Assembly: GCF_018977255.1 (NCBI RefSeq)
Contig: NW_024704758.1
Coordinates: 10,168,001-10,232,000 of the forward strand
DNA: 64,000 bases
Reading direction: 5' to 3'
Source: Callorhinchus milii
Lineage: Eukaryota
The notes under the pieces were generated by a model that did not search any database, was not told where the DNA came from, and saw nothing but the letters and a program-made list of their open reading frames with translations. Positions 50,688 through 61,750 of this stretch are shown here, one piece after another. A program made the position numbers and the translations under genes. Position 1 is the stretch's first letter. Every line of letters starts with the position of its first letter.

Positions 50688-51011
50688 GGAGTCCTGTAGC
50701 TCAGTGGTTAGAGCACTCGCTTTGCAAGCGAGAGACCTGAGTTCAATTCCAGGCAGAGGGCGAAACCTTGGGCAAGTTTCCTTACTCCACACAGAGCCTA
50801 ATAATAATCCCTCCAAAACAAAAACAATAATAAATTGGTCATTTTAATCCACGACTGTTTGTGGGACATTGCTGTGCGCAATCGGCTGCCGCGTTCGCCC
50901 ACAAACATACAGTCAATTCACTTTACAGTGTGTTCTGTGAAGCGCTTTGGGACGTCCTCCCGACGTGAAAAGCGCTATATCAAATGCAAGGATTATTATT
51001 ATTATTATTAT
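50688..51011 (+). mobile_element. Full-length young tRNA(Ala)-headed SINE (SINE2-1_CM-like)
   Basis: A box TAGCTCAGTGG, anticodon arm CTCGC-TTTGCAA-GCGAG (TGC), B box GTTCAATTC, ACCTTGGGCAAGTT block, Deu 3' block, L2-type tail and (ATT)n. Confidence 0.95.
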
Positions 51012-51161
51012 AAAAATAGAGATTACACTGGATGTGAAAAAGAAAAGAATTTGAGCAATTTGAAGAAATTGGCAGGTGCAGCATTTCACATTTGGAATTC
51101 ACGTGATCGAAATGACATTAGAATGTGAGTGGAGGTAAATACAGATATCCTAACAAACATC

Positions 51162-51267
51162 TCCCAGTTCTGGCGAAAGTTTATCGACCTGAAAAGTTAA
51201 CTCGCTTTTCTCTCTCCAAAGATGCTGCCTGACCTGCTAAGTATTCCCAGCGACTTCTGTTTTTATT
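51162..51267 (+). mobile_element. Penelope-like terminal-repeat fragment with degenerate hammerhead ribozyme core
   Basis: CAGTT-CTGGCGA-stem-GAAA-AGTTAACTC followed by CTCTCTCCAAAGATGCTGCCTGACCTGCTAAGTATTCCCAGC...TTCTGTTTTTATT, a motif I recall as abundant in shark genomes. Confidence 0.7.
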
Positions 51268-52514
51268 AAACACAAATAGACATGTTTGTTGCTTGATGGT
51301 TATTGATTTTCACAATCTATTTTGTCAAACTACTTTCTTATTCTCTACCCCATCCCTATCTTTGTCAAATATAGATCAAAATAGTCTAGGGGCTCGTTGA
51401 AATTTGCAAATCAATGACTTATTGGGCCTGCATAATAATGCTACGTATCTCAACAAATATTCACAATGACATGGAATTTGAAATGACATTACAACATCTA
51501 TTTGACAAAGTATTCAATTTTACTGCTTTAATATTACCATCACATTTTCAGATTATTCTTGCCAAACCCTTACTGCTATAGTTGGCTTTACTGCAAAGTG
51601 ATAATACCCCAAACATCCAACTTCACTGCAGAATTCACAGGAGTAAACTTTTTATAATTCAACAATGCATTTTGATAATTGTGTTGACACAAATTCAATA
51701 AAGGACCCATCTCACAAAACAACTTCTGGAGAGATATTAATGATGGCATAACTTTTCAGGTAATATTATGGAAAAGCAGACTATAAAATTATTGGAGGAG
51801 AAAAATCTTTTAATCTTGGATGGATCAAAGAGGTTTGCAATTTCCTCAAATGCCCAAAAGCTGCAATATTTCTTTTGAAATGGCGTTCCACCTCTTGAGA
51901 CTTGTCTGCAGGGATTTTTATGTGTGTGTGTTATTATTTGCTTCCTCTTGATCCCCTGTAAATTTGGTGATCTATCAGTGTGAGGTTTAGGGGTGGAAGG
52001 AATATGTGTTGTTGTGTTGAGTCACACGAGGATTTGAACAGCTAACTTCCCAATTGGACTTGTGTGAATGGAAAGAATCAAAATACAGGCAAAGATATAT
52101 GAATGGAGTAAGAAATCTTAAGACTGGTGCTGAATGTCTGAAAAGTGTCTTCACAAAATGTGAATTATGGATGTTGGCATAAGACTGCTTCGGAAAATAA
52201 AGACCTTGTGTGTTAAGTCCTGGATGCTGAGCGTTTTTTTTTGAGCTATGGTTTGACAATAGCAAGTTAAAACACCTTCAGATAATCTATTCCAAAAACA
52301 GAAAATATAATTCAGTTCCCTTGAGGATTATATTACAATTTGGCTGACAAAAGTATTTCAATTTTTCCTTCACAAAATGCAGGTTGGTAGGCAATCAGAA
52401 TTATTAATATTGCACACACATCAGGAAAAAATGTGCACCCTTTTGATTGTAAATTGCATGAGTCTAAGGATACTAATACCCTTGACACTTGAATAAGTAA
52501 AGACACTTGACAAA

Positions 52515-52739
52515 AGGGAGTTTTTCCCAGTGTCCTGGGCATCAATCCTTCAGATAAAATTGATCATTCATTAAACAACTGTTTGTGGAATATTGCTGTG
52601 CACAAATTGGCTGCCACATTCGCCTATAACAACAAATTGCTTTCATATTACAACAAAAGGTCACTATATTTAACAGTAAATCATATGAAGTACTTTAAGT
52701 CGTATCAACAATGTTTCAAGACAAATGTAAGGATTATTA
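52515..52739 (+). mobile_element. Old DeuSINE 3' half
   Basis: GGGAGTTTTTCCCAGTGTCCTGG, TTGCTGTGCACAAATTGGCTGCCAC and tail AAATGTAAGGATTATT. Confidence 0.8.
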
Positions 52740-53639
52740 CAATGCTGGAAAAACTTCTTAACTGAGAGGAAATATATTTTTTTAAATATAGGTGATATTT
52801 TCTAAAGCAAATTACCATATTATGACCTATGTCTTGTGCAAACTGAAAATCAAATGTAATTCTTAAGACTTTTCTTCAGAACATGTAACTTTTTGTGCAC
52901 CTCCTACCAGGTTCTCCATAGAGTTGAGGTCTTTAATCTGTCTGCAAATTCATTCTCTTGCAACTATATTGGTGTCCTTCATTCTGCGACTGTTTCTGCA
53001 AATAATATGTCAATGCTTTGTCATTAAAAAGGTAGCTACAATTGTATTCACAAAAAAAACGTTAACTGTTTATTGTTAGTCCTTGCTTGCTATGATTTTT
53101 TTGTAAACCATTTATTGCAATTACATTCTTTAATATATTTGTTATTTTCTGGTCATTACAGTTTGACCAGTTTAGAAATAAATGGTTTTAAATGTGTTTT
53201 TGTCTCATTATCTTTGCTATTATTTCACAATTACAGTGTTGTATTTCAATGTTTTTAGACCTTTAAAATGTTTATTTTAAAGAAGCAAAAATGACCACAG
53301 GAAGGTCAAGATCCCTGTGGTTGGGGAGTAAATATACTTAAACAAAGCTGCATTGCTCTCTGTCAAAATATTCAAGAAAAAAAGCCTCAAATCAGAATAC
53401 AGTATATCAAACTGCTTCCACTGAATGCATTATCTCTTAATTTTAAGAAAGCCATGCAAAACATAACCGGTTCCTTAACATTTTTACAAAGAAAATAAAC
53501 TGATCACCACTCAACCTTATTTAAAAACTCAGCTTTTTACGTTTATCTGCTCAGAACACGTTTGGTTAGTTATTTTTAGTGAGTTTTGCTGACTAATTCG
53601 CTGACTAAATGGTCCATGGTAGAAATATTCGCAAATTAA

Positions 53640-53865
53640 GTATTTAATGAAATCCTCGTTTCAAAGATGGCCATAAAACTGAACCTGTTATCCGAGACGA
53701 TCAGATCCACGCTGAACAGTTTTGCTCATACGCAATTTCCATTATTGCACGGATGGCTAAACTGGCCACTTTGAAAATAACATCCATATGTAGGATCCAC
53801 AATTTCTTGCTGCAAAATGTACACAAAGCCTTCCAACTCCTGTCAATGGCGTGATCATCCATGGT
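53640..53865 (-). pseudogene. Ancient hAT transposase C-terminal dimerisation-domain relic (ZBED1/Tramp-like)
   Basis: Across several frameshifts: AIDR-ELEGFV...DP..W...KWP-SLAIRA...E-KLFS.DLIVSDNRFS....FETRI-IK. This follows the hAT consensus order E+..Y/DPL.WW/WP.LA..A/ERLFS..G.IVSD.R..L...FE...FIK. Confidence 0.6.
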
Positions 53866-56699
53866 GCTAGATTTTTCTTATTTCTCTCATGGCTGACGGC
53901 TTCTTTTCAATACTTGCTGTCCAGTAAAGAGGAAGGAAGAGGATGTCAACCCTTTGACTATTCGATTGTTGACAGTCTAGTGATAAGGATTCAGTTTCTC
54001 GTTTGATCTATCAGTAAAACTGAATCCAATTCCTTGCTGTTTAGTATTATTTGTCTATCCACCTACTTTTTCTTAGTCCAGAGAAGCTGGGGGAAAGTCA
54101 GAATACAATCCCAGTCCAGATCTAATGGTGAGTTATGCATCTGCACATCTCAGCAATTTACTGTTCTATATTATTTTCTTTTGAGTTTCAGTTTTCTGAA
54201 TGTCATAAAAATAAAAACGCAAGTTCAGTTCCTTCTACATCGGAGTAGAACATCTCTGTATCCAAACCAGTGAAATTGCTTGAATACTCGTTCAATGATA
54301 CAATATTCTGCTCGTTATCTGGGTGAAAGCACCATTATTGAAACAACTTGCATGCAGGATTAAAAAAAATTCATGTATTTTAGATTTCAGCTCGGTGCAC
54401 AGAAACTATTTCAGAGTTGAGTTCTCATTGTATTTCTGAAATGATGAGGAGCAAGAAAGTTCAAAAACTTCACCACACCAGCAAAAGTCATTGTCAAATC
54501 CCAAAAGGCTTAATTACTGAATGCGATTGTTCAGAACTGATATGTAAAGATTAACTTCATTTGTATTACTGTGTGTTTTGTTATAAAAACAATTAATTCC
54601 AGCAAAAAAAAGCTTGCTAGACAAAAGTAAAAATAAACAACAAATTTAAAGATTTTGTTTTGCTTCCCTGGGTTGTACAGCATATTCTGTACATAAATCA
54701 TTTGCTTTAACTAATGAGAGCAAGAACTTCACATTGACTTACTCGGCACCCCTTTTAGGTAAGCACGTGTTACAAGCATATATTTATATTTGGCCTTTGA
54801 GAAGATATTCATTAGTTAATCTGCAATTAAGTTATTTTTACTGAGGCAAATGACTTAATATGAAAATGCTGGCCTGTCTGCCTTCCTGTCTGTGTGGCAC
54901 TGTGTGTGGAACTGAGAGTGTTAAGTATTGAGATATCTCACTGGTGTAGATGATAAATGTTTCCATAAATAGACATAACAACCATGGTGCAATTCAATTA
55001 ATTCCAATTCTGGTCACAGTGGTCAAGTTTTACAATTGCTTTACAGTGCATTTTGTATCATACATACAACTGTTAAAACCAGGCTCGAGAAGAGAGCTTT
55101 TGATTTATCATCAGTTCTGTCTCAAAGCACTGTATGCATATTTGGGCATTAACACATGAAATTTATTTCTATTGGTAACAACGCCTATTTTTCACAGTGT
55201 TCAGAAATATAGATTTCTTTTTATTTCCCCTGGCGTTTAAAACAGTCATTTTCTTTTTTTTCACCTATTTTCTGGGCCAAGTTGTTTCGGTCTCACCAGC
55301 TGGTAAGACAGGGAGCAGCTGGGGTGCTTTCTGCATCGAATTGACCATCTACCTGGAAAAACACGTCCCATCCACTGCATTATGTGTACCATCAGAAGGA
55401 AGAATTGCTTCCATAAACATCGCCTTTTTCTGGCCTGCAAACAGTTTTATGATATTAGATACATTTAAGCCGTCTCCGTAGTACTGAATCAATTGTTCCT
55501 CCATTCTTTGCAATCCAGCCTTGAATTATCTGGGTTACTTACCAGTAATAATGTGATTAGGATATTGTCTTGAGCTTCAGGTTGATGTGATCAACCTCAG
55601 CACTTTATAATTCCAAGTTCTAATCACTATTTTAATTTTGTGCAGTTATGCAAGGTTTAGCAGTGACATCTTGCAACCATTTGCTCATGATAACACTAAT
55701 AGTATAAAGAGACTGAACCCCTTCCCCTCCCCCATAGAAACCAGTTTGGCAGGTTTTAGAGTTGAAAACTGCACACAGCTGCTCCTGTAGAACGTAATAA
55801 ATGCATAATAGCATTGCCGTAATATTCATAATCTTCCTATCCAAGTTTCTTTCCAAGCACAATTAAAATTACGAAATTATACCAATTATAAAATCACATT
55901 ATTGCAATTTGAATTAAAAAATGAGTCATCAATTTAGCCACCAGCCCATCACATTGTTTTCCTGAGGTAATAGCAAATATGTTTGAGAAACAATTTGTGG
56001 GGAATTAAGCAATAAATGAAGACAGCTGGGGAAGATCGGATTAAAAGATCTATCCTCATCATAAGCAATAGATTCTGTACTCCAACGGATCTATAATACA
56101 TCTTATCAGCTTCCATCAATTTGTTTCATTGTATGCCTGGTATAAACACAGGCAATACTAAATGAGAAAATGAGAGCTTATGATTGGTCTCGATGCACCA
56201 TTTTTATTTATTTTGTGATCTCGTGCTAAATCTGACCTTGGTTGTCCTAAGACATGTAGAAACACAAACTTGAGTTTCTTATTTTGCACAATTAAAATTT
56301 CAAGATGTGATTCCATTTTGCTTCCGATCATTCAGAACTTCAAGTCCATCCAAGACCTCAGTCTGATTCGAACATACTGTGGGCAATCCATTCTACTGAT
56401 TACCTTTCAGACAATGCTTTTTAGATGTATGACAATATCAGAACTTGACTTGGGAAACTGCCACATAATTGAGAAAAGCTTTGCAATGTTGTTCACCCAT
56501 GTGAATGAAACCACTGTTAATGGGGAATTGATTGTTGCTTTTAAATGCAGAAAACATACATATACAAGGTACCTCCACCAAAATAATTATTTTTCCTCAA
56601 CATTTTCCAGGTGCCACTAAATAGTAATGGCATACTTGTGCGCTATAATAATTTGATGTATCCAACACAATGCACATACCTGATGTTGTTGCTTAATCT

Positions 56700-57105
56700 C
56701 GAGGCGTGCCTTGAAGGAGGCAAGGGAGGGAGCGAGGTGAAGGGAATGTGGGATGGAGTTCCAGAGGGTGGAGGCAGAGAGGCTGATGGCCGATGGTGGG
56801 GCGGGCCAGGCAGGGGACACAGAGTAGGCCAGAGCCTGCTGAGCAGAGGGAGCGGACAGGTTGATAAGGGATTAGTCTGAGAGGTAGGAAGGGGCAAGGC
56901 CATGGAGGGCCTTGAAGGTGAGGACGAGAATTTTGAACTCGATCCTCTGAGAGATGGGGAGCCAGTGGAACCGGGCAAGGGTGGGTGTGATGGGGTCACA
57001 GAGCTTGGTGCGGGAGAGGACATGAGCTACAGAGTTCTGGATGATCTGCAGCTTGCGGAGGGAAGAGTTGGGAAGGCCGGCAAGCAGGGCATTGGCATAG
57101 TCGAA
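56700..57105 (-). mobile_element. L2 LINE ORF2 fragment
   Basis: DYANALLAGLP..LRKLQIIQN...ITPTLARFHWLPISQRIEFKILVLTFKALHGLAPSYLSD, then SASTLWNSIPHSLHLAPSLASFKARL. Confidence 0.93.
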
Positions 57106-58259
57106 CATTTTATATCAATGTCTGCTCTGTCGGAGACAATTTCTTTGATCCTCTCAGACCTTTGTTAATGTGGATCACCAATGTGTTCAGTGTCCTAGCT
57201 CATGATCAATATATTGCAATACAGTGTTAATGAAGACACCAAAGAACAGTTTTCAATCGTTCCTCAGGTTTTTTTTAAAAACTGAAAATGTTCCAAATAA
57301 TAAACTTCAGAAGCAAAGGGACCATCTTGTGTGGAACGACCTCAATGACTTGAGTTTCCTCCACAAGATCCACATTGCCTTTGCTGGCTATATCTACTGT
57401 CACTGCTGCTCTGCTATTTCTGGTAGAGGTGCAGTTTCTCAGGCGGATTTATGTCTGGTCTTTATTCACCTAATTCAACTTCTCCTAGAAGCAATAGAAA
57501 ACATCACTATCTAACATTCCAGCACATGATCAGGAATGAAGACGGTCAAGTCAAATACCTTTAAAATTTGAAATTTAAATTGTGATCCACCTACCACGAA
57601 ATCCAAGCCTCGTTTGGTCTAACTCTACAACAAATAAATCTGATAAATCACATAAGGAAAAAAATATCACAGCAATTTTAACACTCACGACCGCCTTAAA
57701 TCCTTTCTGGGCAACTGACTAATTTTCAATTTCAGTCAGTGAATAAAGTTACTCTGGCATAGAAAAGGTTAATTAGAATTGCAACAAAGACAATCTTAAG
57801 TTTCATAACATAATGAAACCTTCTAAGAGTAAATTAAAGTCGACAGTTATTGCTTTTTCAACCCCAACTTATAGCAGCAAAAGAAAATGATCAGGGGTTG
57901 CTATAAAGTTGTATTATAGCTCTTAATTCCTTAAACAGTGTGAACATGATGGAATTAGGATGGAGAGAAAATCCGAAACCTTAGACAAGGATTAGCAAAA
58001 GAGTAAATTAGAAATGGAAATCACATACAGTGCACAGGGCTACAGAAGATTAAGGTATGTGGTGCCAGTTGATGGTGTCCTTGAAGAAAAATTACTACAA
58101 AGCGAATGATCTGAGAATTTTAATGAGACATTACGCAGGCAGTTTTGTAAGAGTGGCTCTTTTTAAAAGTTTCTGCCTGTAACAAATGTTTTACAAAATT
58201 AAACTTCGCAGCTTGTGCAACAAGGTATTTGGAATTAAAATATTTTTTGACGGCCGGTC

Positions 58260-58420
58260 GTCACCTGTTTCCCCAAGCGTAACGAACATCTGGATCGGGT
58301 TACCAGAAAGGGTGATTGAGGTCAGGACATTGAGCGAGATTAGCTTACAATAATGGGAAGATGATTGGATCAGTATTCTGGAAGAGTGATATCAAACGGG
58401 CTAAAGGGCATTTGGCATCC
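58260..58420 (+). mobile_element. Old CR1 3' relic
   Basis: VTNIWIGLPERVIEV resembles CR1 VVN.WNGLPE.VVEA; ends with an ACGGGCTAAAGGGC 3'UTR-like block. Confidence 0.6.
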
Positions 58421-58459
58421 AAACTCCATGAGTGAAATCCATTCTCTGACAGAGATTGG

Positions 58460-58655
58460 TGCCCTGGCCAAAAAACCCTTCGACATAATTGGACATTCAC
58501 TCTACAGCTGTTTGTGGGACATTGCTGTGTGTATATTGGCTACCACATCTGTCTCCAAAATACACAGTCACTGTACTTTGGGGTACATTGTGCGAAGTGC
58601 TTTGAGGCCTCCTCCTGACGCGAAAGGCGCTATATCAGTTACAAGGATTATTATA
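58460..58655 (+). mobile_element. Old DeuSINE 3' half
   Basis: GTGCCCTGGCCAA, CTGTTTGTGGGACATTGCTGTG, GAAAGGCGCTATATCA and ATT tail. Confidence 0.85.
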
Positions 58656-58849
58656 ATTAGAATACAATAAACCCTGAAGAGCCATTCCAAACGATTACGT
58701 AATTTAATGTTTGCTTCAGTGTATTCATTGCCTTTGTTTTAATGAAATTATTTAAATGACGTAATGTAGTTTATGTATATGGAACTCATCAACATGAACG
58801 ATGTCATTTCTAGGGACCGCGCATCCACTTTATTCACCCCTTTTACGAG

Positions 58850-59165
58850 TCAGCTTCAGCAAGTCATAAAGAGGGAAAGGCACCCTGCACCAGAAATTAC
58901 GACAGCCAAGAATAGCCGTTCTTCTCAATGTGAGCATGAAGGCTAAGTGTCGTCAGCAAGTTACTTGGTCACATATGTACCAATGCTGTCCTCACCACCA
59001 TCTGAACCTGTGCCCTCCCCACTGGAATACCAATGAGGAAAGGGAATCCTGGCCATGTTTCCCCTCAATGGGAATATGAAGGATAATTGCACTGCCTCAA
59101 TTCTCGGGAGCAATTGTTAGTAGCACAGATAAGAGAGGAACCTCCTTGGTCTGTACTGTTCAGAA
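58850..59165 (-). mobile_element. Old SINE-like repeat, 'family B'
   Basis: Collinear with 7215-7590 (CCAAG..GCC.TTCTT...ATGTG, ATTG.A, CTTG.TCTGT blocks). Confidence 0.5.
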
Positions 59166-60157
59166 CCTCAATACATCAATATATCACAATCAGCGCACAC
59201 ATTAATTTGATAGTTCTTGTACTTTTCTATAGGTTCTCTTTTTATATAATATATATATTTTTATAAATATATATCTATTGAAAAAAAGCTCAGTACACTG
59301 GGAGGCTGTTTGCCATATACTCACGTTGTTGGAGGTCATAATGTTGTGATTCTCCGTCATAATGTTTAAACTTATTTCAATTAGGACTATTAAGAATATG
59401 ACCATTAGAGTAAAGGAACTTTTATTGCATCGAGCTGGCCTGATTTAAACTCAGATATCAGAAGTGAAAGGAGAGAGTCATGACCTATTATTATATGTGG
59501 CTCCCTAAACATGCCTATAGATTGATTAAAAAATAAAATAGATTCTTGGTAGGTCTCCTGAGGAGAATTAATAATGTGGAACTAGGCCAATTACTGCTGC
59601 AGGAACAAATGTGCAGAATTATTATTCAATGGCCTTGTATAAACTAGGGACAACTGAGCATAACATTGAAAACATTCCAGTCCCTTAACTCGTATAATTA
59701 TTCAGCAATCTTTCATAAATTTTAAAGCAAAATGTACATTTGTAAGTGCAACAGAAGCTACAACCACTTTTGAGAATAATTTATTTTGGTTTTGGGCCAA
59801 AAAAAGTTTAACTCCTTTGCATTTTATTGTTAGATTTTGATATTAATCATATGCAGCATAATTCACTAAGCTTGGCTTCTAACTGTTACTCTATTACCTT
59901 CATGGAAAAATCATCAGTGTGCGTTCAAAGCAAGTGTAGTGCTGAATTTAAACACGTCTTTCAGGTGACAAAGCTGTGGAATATACTTTCAGAATTAATT
60001 TACCAGAATACTGAAATGAACTAATTCCAAAAGTGCTCTCTTTTCCAAACATTTGAATATGAGAATCAACACAAGATCTTGATCATCTCAGAAAAACAAA
60101 AATTGACTGTTGAGAACAAACTCTTTTTACTGGGTAATGACCCTGTTTTACTTACGT

Positions 60158-61750
60158 AGAATTACATAGAATATACAGCGCAGAAACAGGCCAGCTGGCA
60201 TTTATGCTCCACATGAACCTCCTCCTGCCTTCCCGAACTAAGCCTATCGGCATAACCTTCTATTCCTTTCTTCCTCATGTACATATCTAGCTTCCCCTTA
60301 AATGCATGCTATTCGCCTCAACTGCTCCTTGTGGTAGCAAGTTCCACATTTGCACTCTCTGGGTAAAGACGTTTCTTCTGACTTCCCTATTTGAATTATT
60401 GGTGATTATTTTATATTGATGGCCCCTGGTTTTGGTCTCCCCCACAAGTGGAAACATCTTCTTTATGTCTACCCTATCAAAACCTTTCAGAATTTTAAAA
60501 ACCTCTATCAGGTCACCCCTCACCCTTCTCTTTTCAAAAGAAAAGAGTCCAAGTTTGTTCAGCCTTTCCTGGAAGATATAACCTCGCAGTTCCGGTATCA
60601 TCCTTGTAAATCTCTTTTGCACCTTCTCCAGTGCCTCTTTATCCTTTCTATAATATGGGGACCAGAACTGTACACAGTATTCCAAGTGCGGTCTAACTAA
60701 GGTTTGATATAAGCTTTTCATTTTGATCCCTCTAGAAATGAATCGCAACGCTTGGTTTTTTTTTATGGCCTTATTAACATGTGTCACTACTTTTAGTAAT
60801 TTGTGTATCTGTACCCCTAGATCCCTTTGCTCCTCCATCCCATTTAGATTCTCATTTCCGAGCGGTATGTAACTTCCTTATTCCTCCTACCAAAATGTAC
60901 CACCTCACACTTATCTATATTGAAATGAATTTCCGAATTAAATGCCCATTCAGCAAGTTTATCAATGTCTTGCTGTAATTTGTTGCAGTCCTCCTCAGTA
61001 TAAACTATACCCCCCAATTTGGTGGCATCCGCAATTTTTAAATTGTACCTTTGATCCCCAAGTCCAAATCGTCAATGTAAATTGTGAACAACAGAGGATA
61101 CCAATCCTTGTGGAACATCACTTCCCACTCTCTGCCAGTCTGAGTAGCTACCCTTTACCCCTACTCTCTGTTTTCTGTCTTGTAGCCAGTTTGCTATCCA
61201 CTCTGCGACTTTTCCCCTGACTCCACATGCTCTGCCCTTATTCATTAGTCTATTATGCGGTACCTTATCAAACGCCTTTTGGAAATCCAAACATATTACA
61301 TCTACTGCGTTACCCTTGTCTACTCTTTCTGTTAACTCTTCAAAGAATTCAATGAGGTTGATCAAGCTTGACCTTCCTTTTGGAAATCCGTGCTGACCAT
61401 TTATTATATTTTCGTTTTCTAGATGTTTTTCTATTACCTCTTTCAAGGATTCCATTATCGTTCCTACCACCGATGTTAAGCTGACAGGTCTATAGTTCCC
61501 TGGGGCTTGTTCTATCTCCTTTTTTAAATATAGGTATAACATTAACTATCCTCCAGTCCTCTGGCACTACTCCCTTTTCTAATGAATTATTATATATATG
61601 TAATAATGCCTCTGCTATTTTTTCCCTAGATTATTTTAATATACACAGATGCAATCTATAAGGGATCAGGGGTTTTACCCTCCCTGAGTTTGGTTAGTTT
61701 ATTGATTATCTTCCTCCATTTTTATCTTAAATGTATTTATATCATTTTTG
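60158..61750 (-). mobile_element. CR1 LINE, 5'-truncated, with reverse transcriptase domain and 3' end (inactive)
   Basis: PGNYRPVSLTSVVG, QHGF, LDFQKAFDKVPH, VPQG, catalytic motif reading IADATKL instead of FADDTKL, LYQTLVRPHLEYCVQFWSPY, RGDLIEVFKI; frameshifts; 3'UTR and ATTCTATG-type tail near 60160. Confidence 0.97.

Noticed and set aside
50688-50762. tRNA-Ala(TGC)-like gene (also at the 5' ends of the other full-length SINE copies)
   Set aside because: It has A and B boxes and an anticodon arm but no pairing acceptor stem, and it runs straight into the SINE body. It is a SINE head, not a tRNA.
53659-53776. 14-15 bp imperfect inverted repeat suggesting a structured RNA
   Set aside because: It lies inside the hAT coding relic, which explains the region better; the pairing may be chance.
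55262-55434. Possible minus-strand exon (TTTGCAG acceptor, GGTGAG donor)
   Set aside because: Two frames stop early, and the open frame is rich in Arg, Trp and Cys with no recognisable homology.
57310-57420. Possible further RTE fragment (WILWRKLKSLRSFHTR)
   Set aside because: Match too short and weak to support without a profile search.
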